A stretch of 64,000 bases of DNA from the human T2T-CHM13v2.0 reference genome, Homo sapiens. The stretch lies in the NCBI RefSeq assembly GCF_009914755.1, contig NC_060937.1; one strand, 5' to 3'. Each line of letters starts with the position of its first letter. Within the stretch, counting starts at the first letter, position 1. Below, one piece after another: positions 31,723-45,195 of this stretch. The notes under the pieces are model-generated. The model saw nothing but the letters and a program-made list of their open reading frames with translations. It was not told the origin of the DNA and made no database searches. The position numbers were made by a program, and so were the translations under genes.

Positions 31723-32331
31723 AAAGCGTCATCTTTCAAGGCCGTTAAGTCTGAAACCTTCTAAACATTATATCCCGTTTTGTGGAAAAGAGAATCCCCC
31801 TGCTCTATTAAGATATACCTCCTAACGCAAACTTCAAAGTCCCAGCTACTACCCCCAAGGTACCACCTTAACCATCCTGCATATGAGTCTCTTCATTAAG
31901 CAAATTAAACAAACAGGGAACCTTTGCAACATCAGCAAAGAAAAATTGTGAAACAATATGCCAGAGAAACAGCAGAAATAATTTCTTCAAAGTTATAACG
32001 GCTAGATTTTTGGACTAAGATAATCACATACAAAGCAGAATAAATGTTCATCTACAGAATCTCAAATTATAAATGCATTTTCCATTCCAAAGAACAAAAG
32101 CCTTGTATTTTATTGTCTCCTTACCCCTACAACTTAAGTACTTTATGACTTATTTTACTTGTGCCCAGATGGGCTCTAATTTTGAAAGTCTCTTTTCAGG
32201 GATCCCTGAAAAACCCAGGTAGACCAATACTGTAGAAATAAAGGCAATTTACTCACTATAATTTTATACCTTTAAAAAAAAATGTTACTAATAGGGAATT
32301 GCAGTGTTTACTGCCATCAGAAGTTAACTAC

Positions 32332-32684
<353 letters not shown>

Positions 32685-34391
32685 TTAAGGGTAATCTAAA
32701 ACTTTGCTTCATGGATCATTAAAATACTCATTTTCAAACTTTGAAATGACTACGCTTTGTCAAAGGTAACTTGTGAGCTCCGTTACAACTCCTACAGTCC
32801 ACAGTATCTTAATGTGCTTTCCATCCTTTCCTTAAGAGGGCATGGAGTCTTACCAACAATGACCATGTAAGGGTGATGTTGATATGTATTTATAGTACAA
32901 AGGACGTTCACATGTGTCATCTCATCTGATCTAATGGGGAAATTATTATTCCATTTCATAACTGAAACCAGTTAAACGGCCTACCCAAGTGAAAATAATT
33001 AGTGAGGACTCAAAGTCACACACACACAGATATGCAGCCGAAAAGTCAGGAATAAAAATTCCCCAATCTCTTGTTTGAAAAGGAGTAATTTTGTCTCAAC
33101 CATCAAACCTGCAACACATTGCCCTGTAGATGTCATAACGAGTTTGCATGTCTAGAAATTTGGACCCCATCCCTAGCTGCTGCAGGGCTGACTTTAAGCT
33201 TCCTTTTCCATTTTGTGAAAATGGGGCTAATACTACCTAACCTTTCCTAATTCTGAATGGATCTTCAAGATGACAGATAGAGAAAGACTAATAACAACAA
33301 CAAAATAAAATTAATGCTTTTGAAATACCTCAAAAAAAATCTATTGTTAATTTTCTTAGTTGTGACAATACTATCGTGTTACTGTTAAAGAGATTGCCCT
33401 TTCATTTTAGGTAGGTTTCTTATTGAGCAATATTTTGTTTTTTATCCATTCTGATAGTTCCTTTAATACAATGAAAGTAAGTTTGAACCATTTGGATTAT
33501 TATGATTAATGAACTAGAAGAGCTTATTTCTTCCACCTGTGTTTTCTGTCATTCTTTTTCATTTTGTTTTTCCTATTTTCCTTCCCTCAGAGTTTGAATG
33601 GTAACGTTTAAATGTCTGCTGCTACGGAAGCAAGAAAATTCACTCCCTGTGTGGGTGTGTATTTATCCTTAATTTTTTAACATGTATATACAATCCAAAA
33701 TTTTCCAATAGTGGTTGTTTAGTTGGCTCTTAAACAAGGAGGCCCTTAACAAGTTTTAACAACCCACTGAACTGTCCTTGTACCCCATCCATCTTGTTTT
33801 GTTGTCATTTTCTCTTCTTAAAAAAAATACAAGCAAATTTTGAAAAATCAATGTAATTCAATTTACCAGCATATTTTTACCAACTCCATTGTTTCTTATA
33901 TCCTCATGACTGTCCTCTGGACTTACATTTCCTCAGGCTAAACACACACTTTAATAATCATTTTAATGTGAATCAATACTTGGTAAACTCCTGGTACTTC
34001 TTTAAATATGCCCCCTTCCTACTCTCCAGCCTTACTGTTCACAAGACCCGCTTTCACGCCAAACCACCTACAGAGCCTAAGAGTAACACATTATCTATTT
34101 ACATCTGGTATCCCATCCCTCCATGTCCACATAATAAAGGCCATTCATTTTGCAAAGTTCAACTCTCTTCTAAGAAGCTTTTTCCTGAAGCCCTCTTCTC
34201 TCTCCCAAAACCACCTTCTCTTTCACATATAATTACCATTACTTATACCAATAAGAAAAACATCTCATTGCATGCATTTGTTTTATACGTCCATCCTCTT
34301 CTACAATACTGTAAGTAGAGCTGGTTTTCAATCTTCTCATCAGGACACACAGAGAAAATAGTATATGTAAAGCCCACAAGAATACAGACAT

Positions 34392-34500
34392 AGCCAGGTG
34401 CAGTGGCTCACACCTGTCATCCCAGCACCTTGGGAGGCCAAGGCAGGAGGATGGTTTAAATGTAGGAGACAGCCTGAGCAATAGAGCAAGACCTGTCTTA

Positions 34501-34533
<33 letters not shown>

Positions 34534-34540
34534 AAAAGAA
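34392..34540 (+). mobile_element. FLAM / Alu left monomer
   Basis: Single monomer plus polyA. Confidence 0.8.
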
Positions 34541-35841
34541 GCTACAGGTAAGACAGGTATGTCTGCTCTCACCAGAAAGGGACTGGCTAAGGGTCTCCTA
34601 TCAACCCAGATACCTCCAGGCTTCCCAGGGGTCAAGAGGACTACTTCCTCAGCACAACTATAACCCACTCAAGACACACTGAATGGGAAGTTCCATAAGA
34701 CCAGAGTTTATCACAGTCGTCTTCATGTTCTCAGAACCTACATGCAGCACGATATAATGTAGGTCTCCATGAATCCTTCCTCAAAATACTTTAGAAAAAG
34801 CACTCTTTATCCCTACAAAAAGGAAAAAAAAAAAAATCACTAGCATCAGGTAGAGGCTTAGTAGGTCACTAAAATAAAAAGCACTAAAATAAAATCAAAG
34901 GCAACAGTACTCTAACTCTACTGAAAGATATTATGATTTAAACCACCCTTTACAAGTAGAGAATGTGTGGATGCTTCCTCTACCCATGAAGCATTTCAGT
35001 TAAGAACATCTGTCCATTATCACTGAAATAAACATCTACTTCTTGTTTTCAGTTGGAAATAAATTTTTATTGGTACGTAGCTTTGGACACGTGGCTCACT
35101 ACAGATAAATAAAGCAAGCTTACACATCTCTTCTTTAGACATAACATACTGTTTAGAAGAAGCTAATGGTCCTTCTGAAAGAGAAGCAGCAGCAAAGCAT
35201 AAGCCAAGGAACAGAGAGGGCTATACCACCTCACACAGTGGTGCTCTACATTAAATTTCTTATAGTTTACACTATCACAAAAGTCTTCGAGTTTTGCTGT
35301 GAGAAAGCAAAGACTTACTAGTTTTTCTTCCTAAATAAATGTATATAAACTGCCACTCTAACCTCCTAAAGCAAATTCTGCACATAAGATAGCAAATGGT
35401 CAAATGTTATATGTAAGTTTTTCAACAATACTGGGACTCCAATAGAGAGTTTTCAGTTCAGCAAGTGTAACTCTTCATAATACAACTCTTCACTTACTAC
35501 TTTCTCCCAACACCTTTAAAGTATGGTGTAGATATGTAAATATCCCTCTTCTAGACTAGGAGATTGGGACTGTAGGTTTTAGACAAGATATCTAAGAGCA
35601 AGGTGGGTAAGTTCAATGTAAGCCAACAAGAGATGTTATTCCCTTGTTATGCTCCCTAAAGGATAGAGCATAAGGAAATTAAATATAATAATATGGCCTC
35701 AGTAAACAGAAAAATCTGAAAGAAAATAAGTCCTGAAGCTAACTTGAATGCACACACCTTGTTCTAGTAATGACAAAAAGCTGGTGTGCTTTTTTTTTTT
35801 TTTAGTATAAAATAAGGTAAGATAGATTTTTCTTCTAAAAG

Positions 35842-35880
35842 TATTAGATTGTTGCAAAAGTAATTGTGGTTTTTGCCATT
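35842..35880 (+). mobile_element. MADE1 half element
   Basis: TATTAGATTGTTGCAAAAGTAATTGTGGTTTTTGCCATT. Confidence 0.7.
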
Positions 35881-37772
35881 CTCAACTTATCTAAACTTGT
35901 AAAATATGTTTGAGAATGTCACAAATTAGACCAGTTATTTTTGTTCCCAGATAAAAGAAATAAATTATTCTATGAACTATTCAAAATAGAGAAAGAAGAC
36001 AATCTACATTCTCAGCTTTCATATTATGAATTAATCCACTCAATTTCAAAATAAATTAGTGCTTTCTCAGGGGTATATACTACTAATAAACTAACGTTTC
36101 TTATAATGAAAAGGAACTGACAATTGTATTTCACAAAACAAATTTCCATTTTGGTTAGTATATGTTGAGCTAACAGATTAATTAGTAGTGCCAATGAATA
36201 CTTTTTACCACAGGGAGGGGAGCAAATCATGTTAAAGGGCAGTAACAGCCAACATGACACAGTGATTACCATGGGCCAGGTACTAGTCAACAACCCTATG
36301 AACTAGATGTTATTTTACTCTCACTTTACAGGTACAGAGAAGTAACTTGTCCAAGGTCATACTCATAACTAAAGAAATAAACATGGAACCTCAAAAAAAT
36401 TCAAATCCCTTAATGGTACTGGCAAAGAAAAAAGTGTCAAAAATTAGCAAATAGCTTTGTGAATTATTAGGCTGTTGGTGACGAAAATGGTGGTATCAGT
36501 AACCTCCAGTTTTAAAGAAAGAAAAATGTATTTAGACTGTAAAAACTAGGGAACTAAGTGAAATTCTTGCTTAATTATGTCTGATTCTATGCTTTTTATG
36601 TTATCTAAAACATAATTAGAACTCCCAAGATGTTCTAGAAATGGGCTACAGAGCAAAAAAAATAATAATAATTTTTTAAAAAAGAGCTCCTAAAATGATG
36701 AAAATGATACCAATAATCATTTATAAACTACTAAAGGATCAGAATTTTAGACCTAGAAGGAGACAAGCATATAAGGAATATCTATTAAAGAGTATCTAGT
36801 CCAATCCCTTTATTTCACAGATGAGAAAAATTAACTCGAAGTTTTAAGAAACTTTCCCATATATACACATCTAAATGTCAAAATCTGGACTAGAATTTAC
36901 CTTCTGGTCCAACTGCTCTTTTCATTATACCATGCTGTCAAATACATAACAAAATACCATATTAAGTTTCTGGAATAGGGCTGCTAAAAGAGAAACCAAA
37001 ACAAAATTAGATTATTTAAATCTAAAAAGGTTTCTGGAAAGGAATTATACAAAGTATACAAATGCTTAAAAGATACTTCCTGAGACAATAAAAGTTTCAG
37101 AAGAGCTAGAATAAATATGAGTTTAAAGGCAGGAAGAAAGGAATTTGGTAAATGACAAAAAGGAGGCAGACTCAGTTTGGGGGGACTTGGTCAAAAGTCT
37201 AGAATCAAATAAGGCAACAAGAAATGTGACATCATCTCGCTGCAACTGGCCAACATGGATCATGGTAGGGCAGATAATTAACCTACTTTGAGACCTATTA
37301 GCCACTTATTAGCAAAAGGTGGAAAGAGAAAGTCACCAGAAGGTAAGCAAAGCCATATGATATAAAATAAGACCATAATATTTATACACATGCCACATAA
37401 TTGAATATGGTATTTAAAACTAGAGTTTTCAAGCATATTAAAAATTTCAGATCATAACAAGTCTTATCTTTGTGATAACTAAGTGCCTAAGATTAGAATA
37501 AACCACCTCTTATAAAATTCCATTTCTGCTAACTATATCACTTTACCCTCTAATAATCATTAAACATATAACCTGTCAACGCCCTAGTACCCTACCACTA
37601 TGCTTTATTGGGCTCATCTCACCACCTCATCATTTTATAACATTAAACTCATGTTCATCCTAAAATTGGGCAAATTTTAGGATGGGCATGAATGATGATA
37701 ATGATAACATGATAATCATTCGTGGGTAAACAGTGTAAAACTATATCTAGGGAATACAACTCAAGTTTTTTA

Positions 37773-38025
<253 letters not shown>

Positions 38026-41000
38026 ACATATCCTCTGGGAGGTAAAAATTGACCTTCCTTTTGCTTTCTTGGAGTTTTTATATTTTCCAGATTTTCTATG
38101 AGAATGTATCATTTTTAATGTCCAAAATGTATTTTAGACAAATTCAAAAGATGAGTGGGCTTAAATAAAACTTCTATTAATACTTCTTCTAAATGTTCTC
38201 TCTCCACCAAGCTCAAACATTCCTTTGACCAAACATTTATGTAATAGAAGATTCCTTATTTTTGAGGTTTTCTTATTTTTTTTAAAGGCTTAAGAAGCTT
38301 AAGTTTTGTTCCCTTCTTAAATTAACACAGCAAAATTAGATAAGTAAAACAATGGCAACTCACATTTGAATGCTCCTATCATAGAAGTACTATTTTACTA
38401 ATAAAATATTAATTTACAAATAAATATTTTATTAATAAAAGAACTACATCCACCCTATTTCTTGAGAAGGAAAAAGAAATTTCATTATTTAATATAATAT
38501 TCTTGTTATATGAAGAGGAGACTTTCACACACACACATTCCCAACAACGCATGGGCTCTGAGGTTTGCCCCAGCTTTCCTTTTTTTCAGTAGTAAGGATA
38601 AATTGCACTGACCACACATACCCTTACCTGGATCCCAGTGAGACTGAGCAGTAAGAAAAGGCAAACATTTTCCATGTATGTCCTTTCTAATTTATGTTTT
38701 TAAAAATCGTGTTATTAAAACAGAGCAAACAAAAAAGAAAAGACAGCCAGTTTCACCTGTGCCTTTCTTCAGCAAGTAAAGTTTACCATGCTCAGGGTGC
38801 TGTGCTAGGCACAGGCTTTCTCAGAAGAAAAGCCCGTGGGACTCTCCTAGCACCTACCTTTACCAGCTTTGGCCTCATTACCACCATGTTCTAATGGATC
38901 TAATCTCATGCCCTTGTAACCGAGGGTGGGCAAGCAGCCAGGCCAGTGCCACCCCATGATCTAACTCTACCCACCTCCTGCACCAACAACTTCTCCGTTG
39001 TCTGGTCCCCCTCCCAACAACGCCTTCCTAACCATGACTCCTACAACCCAAACAGGAAGAGACAATAATGATCAGAGGCAGAGCTAACATTTATGGAGCT
39101 AACAGTAAGTAGTGCCAGCTCCAAAGCAGGGGCTGTCCTGACCACTACTGCATGCCCATGACGGACCACCCGGATTAGCCACCTCAACTGCAAAACACAG
39201 CCTCTCTACATGTATTCTGTCACTTTTCCCGTTATTTCACACTTATTAAGTATAATATTAAATATCAGGTAGGCAGGTACTCCGTGCCAGGCCCTGAAGT
39301 CTGAAACTACTTCAAAGGCAAAATAAACACTATGTGATACTGAAAATGTATTATTTCATAGACAAATTAAAAACAGGTATTTCAAGAGGTACCCTTGAAA
39401 ATGTACTCACTGCAATCTAAACATAATCACTCATTTGGTTCAGGCTATAATACTAACTTATGAAAAACAAGTTTTACTAATTTTCACATGTAAGCACAAC
39501 ACTAGTGATCTAAAATAAGACACAGCTGAAGAGAATTGTTTTTAACAGTTACTTAACCCAATTAAGGTATTGCAGATTTGCCCAGGTACGTTATTTTGAC
39601 AAATGAAAAAATTATGTACACTTCAGTACTTATAGAATAAAATTTCAACTCATCCTAAATGTTTTCACAGCTGCTGATTCTGAGAAGTGTTCTGTTTAAG
39701 TCCAGCCCATCTTCTCTCCACCATTCCACACACACACAGCCACATCATCCCTGCTTCACCCGGCATACCAGGAGGAGGCAGGAAGGACTTTGGAAAACTT
39801 TTATACTGAATGCAGAACTTGGTACTCCAGATCAAACTGCAGAAGTAAATGATAATCCTTCCCCTTCAAGGCCCTCACAATTGAGTAAGAGTTCAAAGAA
39901 AAATTTACTGCACAGTAAGTATGATAAGTGCTACTGAGATTACAAAAATGCCATGAAACTGTATGAAGGGGATGGAGGGTCGGGTTGGACAGGGGTAGGA
40001 TTATTCAAGTAAGGCTCCCTGCTTAAGAGACAGGCACACACACTCGCCAGACAAGAAGGATACGGGGTGTGGCAGGGAGGAGCGTTCCAAGCCTAGCAAA
40101 ACAGCACCTACAAAGCCAAAGAGGTATCTTTGCTTTTCAATTTTGTGATTCTCAGAGGACAAATGGCAATTTTCTTTAAAGAATAAGACTGCAAATTACT
40201 TTGAGATATTCAGCACTATTTGGGGGTACATTCGAATGTATTCAAATATGAATACAGACACACCCAATTTTAATAGTACCTTTGGAACGATCTCATTTGG
40301 CCAGGCATTTTCTGTATTTGCCAACAATACACACGCCCCACATGTAATTAATGTATCTGGATGGAAGCCCTAGAAAGAGCTTCTGATTTGACATCCTTGG
40401 GATCAGAATCCCACTTACTAAGTGTGTGACCCTGGCAAATCCCTGTGTCTCACTGTCCTAATCTGATTACAGCATACATTTATTGTTTACCTGAATACTG
40501 TTTGTGTCCATGAGCAAGAATGTAAACACCAAGAAAACAGGGGCTGCCCTGACCAATACTGCATCCCCAGTACTCAGCGTCGCCTCTAGCACTTAGTGGC
40601 TGCTAAGTGTATACTTGATATACAGTACTTGAGTGAATGAACAGTCGGTAAAGAGTATCACACCACTCCTGAAATCTAGTCTTTGACAATGAACTATGAC
40701 CCATACAATGTGTGTAGCTCAGCCATGTGGCAAAATTGTCACTGTAAAAGACCTAATTATCGCATTCCTTTTGAAATTGACTAAGATAATAATTGGCGTA
40801 TCTAAAAATAATTAGCCCAAACAATTCTCCAAAATCATTTTAATATAGTCCATTTAATACAAATGCTTTCCTAAAATGTAAACTGTGAGAAAGAACAATC
40901 ATCCAGTTGGGAAATGGAGTCTTCAATGATTCATCCTTCAATATGATTTCTTTAATACTGTCGATTTTATGTCCACCTGATTTCAGTCATTTTTTGTACT

Positions 41001-42316
41001 GTTCCTCAGCGTGTAGTAGAGAATCTGCTTTTTAAGGCATCTTTCAGATCTGATTCACCACTCCTTAAAGAAAAATATATACAATGTACCACCCTTAGAT
41101 GGAAAATTTCTTGGGGATCTCCTATATGAAATCAGTTGCATAAATAGGGCCAGTGAGGCATGAAACACAAGATTTCAGAAGTCTCTAATAACAACCACTA
41201 GGCCCACGTTGCAAAGAACAACTTTTTTCGGTGATGACTCATAAATTATGATCCCTACATATAAGCTCATGAGGAACTAATGAAACGAATTTGTCTCATC
41301 ATGTGGAAAACTGTGGTCCTTCTGGCCACGCACAAAACACCAAGTTTTAAACGCGCCCACGTTTTGCTTAATTCGGGACTTCCAGCGGGCATTAGCACTT
41401 TTCCCTTACAGTCTATTTAAACGCCCTAGGAAAACAAATACCATCGCCTTGGCAGGCGGTCCCCGCACAGACAGACCTAGCTCCAGCCACATACAGATGT
41501 GTCTGGTGGGCTGAAGTAAACAAATGACAGGAAAGCTAATGCTGCTTTTCAAGATTAACGTGCATTCCCAGAGACAAGACTGCCACCTGGACACACGGCT
41601 GGAAACGGGAGAGCTCGTGCCTCTCAGAGGAGAAAATGGAGAGAATTTCAACAGTACTTATTTAAAGTTTCCACCTTCACACACGCCCCTTTCCCCCAGC
41701 GCGGGGTCGGGGACTCGGCCCAGCCAGCGGCGCGAGGAAATCTGCACTTGACTTCCGTCCTCTCCCAGGCGGGAATGAGCGCTGCCCGCCCCGGCCGAGA
41801 CCCTTCCTTCCTGCCCGCCGACCCCCACCCCTCCCGGGGACCCCTCCCGCTCGGCGCGCGACCAGAAGGAAATGGAGCCCGCGCGGCTCCGCGCCCCCTC
41901 CCCGACGACCCCGGCCCGGGGCCGCGCTCTGGCTCGCGCGCGCCCACCCCTCACCCCGGCACAGGCCGGGCGCGCCTCGGCCCTCGTCCCCGCGTCCCGA
42001 GCGGACCCCAGCAGTTCAGCCGGGGACTCCCGGAGGCCGGTGCCCGCCCGACGCCGCGTCTGGCACGGTCGCCCACTCACCGCTACCCTCGCGCCGCCCT
42101 GGCCCACCAGGCGGCGCCCCCTCCCCAGCCGCCTGGGCCGCTCACCCCCGCGCTCCCCGCCTGCGCGCCGTCCAACCGCCCCCGCCCGGGCCGCCCAGCC
42201 CGCCCGCCCGCCCCGGCGCTAGGCCCCGCGAGCGGCCACTGGGAGAGGCGGGTCCAGCGCCGCCCGCCCGCCCGAGAGGTCCCGGCAGCCCCGGCCGCCC
42301 GCTCGCCGCCACCTAC

Positions 42317-42364
42317 CATGGTACAGATGGAGGCGAATTTGGAGACTGTCATTAGGATTTCCAT
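42317..42364 (-). CDS. USP12: USP12 coding part of exon 1 (MEILMTVSKFASICTM, 16 codons, phase-0 intron follows)
   Basis: Minus strand ATG GAA ATC CTA ATG ACA GTC TCC AAA TTC GCC TCC ATC TGT ACC ATG|gtaggt; matches the remembered N-terminus of human ubiquitin carboxyl-terminal hydrolase 12; canonical donor; lies in a CpG island. Confidence 0.96.
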
Positions 42365-42378
42365 CCGGCCAGCGCCAT
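42352..42378 (-). CDS. Overlapping upstream ORF MALAGWKS* (out of frame with USP12)
   Basis: GAAG ATG GCG CTG GCC GGA TGG AAA TCC TAA; strong Kozak (-3 A, +4 G); translation is inferred. Confidence 0.5.
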   Translation of the reverse strand: MALAGWKS

Positions 42379-42536
42379 CTTCCACCCAATCACAGCGGCG
42401 GCGGCGGGCGGGGGAGGAGGGGAGCCGGGCCGCCCGCTCGCACCGCAGCCCGCGGGCGGACCCCGAGCCGCCGCGGACCCAACCACCGAGCCCGCTGGGC
42501 CGCCGCTGCCGTCGTCGCCGCCGGCGCTCAGGCACT
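42365..42536 (-). other. USP12: USP12 exon 1 5' UTR (TSS approximate)
   Basis: GC-rich leader upstream of the ATG; the TSS near 42536 is from recollection of the mRNA 5' end and cannot be shown from sequence alone. Confidence 0.6.
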
Positions 42537-44272
42537 CCCGGCCTCGGGCCCCAGCCCCCGCCTGCCGGCCGCCGGCCCGCCCCCGGCTCCGCCCCGGCGC
42601 AGGGCGCAGCCGCTGCCTCCGGGCCCGCGCCTGCACGCGAAGCCGCCCTCCGCCCACCCCGCCCAGCGCACAGGGGAGCGGGCTCCGCCGAGGCCCTAAT
42701 GCCCGGCCTGCCAGGCAGCGGCGCGGCCAGGCGGCGCAGCCCCGCCCACCCCTCGGCAACCCCTCCGCGGCCCTTGTGCGCGAGCCGGGGAACTCCGGTC
42801 CGTCCCCACCCCGCGCGCGGCAGAGGGCAGGACCGAAGGCGGGCGCCACCTCCTGCCCGCGTCCCTGCGGTCCTAGAGCCGGGGACCCAGAGACCCCCGC
42901 GTAGGAAGGGGTGCGGCGGGGAGGCGCGGGGGTGGCGGCGGCGATCTGGGAGAACCCTGGAGGGGACCAGCTGCGACACCCACCGCGGGCGAGGGGACGG
43001 CGAGCCCCCGCTGCCTAAACAGAAAACGGAGGCGATGATCTGGGTAACTACGGGCGGAGTGGGAGGAAACCTGCTCTGCACAGTTAAGATAACCCGGGTA
43101 TGCGTCCCAAGCACTTGGTTTGTTTCTTTTTACGTATATTGGATGAATCACCGGAGTCAAACACAACTTAGAAAAAGACAAAATAATTAAACAAAAATGA
43201 AGAGGCAAAGAACAAATTACACATGTTTAACTCTTTGAATTAAGAAGAAAGATAAGTAATGGGGGAAGGAGAGGAGCGAAACCTGTTGGCCTGTTGGCGA
43301 TAAATTTATAATAGGCTTCTAAATATCTGCACATTGAGCTGCAAAATAGGGAGGATCTCAAGCCAGCAGTGATGATGATATTACCAGAGACAGGAAGCCC
43401 GCAAGCAAGAAAAATGCCCTGTGAGAAATCCTTAGGCAGTGCTGGCTACTGGCATGGGTAGTTCCTCTTTCTCCTTTTATAAAATTCATATTTGCACCCT
43501 GTTCTTCATGCCTGGCAGCTCAGCTTTATTTTTTCCTATTTGAGAAAGTAGTTCAAGTGAGTAGAATAACTTCATAAATTATTATGTTAGAAAGCTTGTG
43601 ATATTTTCTGATTGAACTCGTGATGGGGTACTTTTCTGGGTTCCCCTAATTCAGTGGGGTTGAGGATCTGAATTCAGGCAGAGCTGTAAAATCAGAAATG
43701 CCTCACCTCAAGGGTTCAAAGCACTCAAAAACAAAAAGCATTCAAACAAAATTTAAGTGAAAAATAGACTTCTGGTACATGAATACTGTTTCCATAGTGA
43801 TTCCATTATAAGCTTGCTTGGGGGGGGAATGCAGATTGAATATAGCCAAGCCCCATGGTAGCCGGACTGGATCTCCAAGCGCCTGCCTCCATGGAAGCCA
43901 AGAGCCCCGATACCCCAGCCAGGGGCTTTCCTCTCTATACTTGCAAGCATCACCCACCTGAATTCTTTCTTGCTCTTTTCTACCCCCTGTTTGGACAAGG
44001 GTTTCTACATCTTAGACCTCTAGGGCCTACCTGGGCCTTGTCCGAGTGTCACCATGCCCATCTGTGTGCCCGTCCTGATAAATAGCTGTGGTCATCCTGT
44101 CCTTCCCACTTGCTGTTCTATTCCAGCAAACAGGTCTGATGTGCCAGAATTTTAGACCTGCCTCCATCCCGCTAACCACCCATATGCCTCCTTGTCCATT
44201 AATCCGAACATGTCACAGGAACAAAAGCCACTGGCTTTACATATAAGTTTATATAAGAACAAGGCCTTTCTA

Positions 44273-45195
<923 letters not shown>

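Larger units (their letters stand above)
41690..43060. promoter_or_regulatory. CpG island / bidirectional-type promoter of USP12
   Basis: Very high GC and CpG density, many GC boxes (CCGCCC), CCAAT at 42386-42390, YY1-like CGCCATCTT at 42373-42381, no obvious TATA. Confidence 0.95.

Noticed and set aside
42083-43114. 343-aa minus ORF as the full USP12 N-terminus or an N-terminal extension
   Set aside because: Only 16 codons match USP12; the rest is promoter, UTR and intron read-through; in-frame near-cognate starts have poor context
41748-43190. 480-aa + strand ORF and other long ORFs across the CpG island
   Set aside because: Pro/Arg/Ala/Gly low-complexity products of stop-poor GC-rich DNA; non-ATG starts; no recognisable domain
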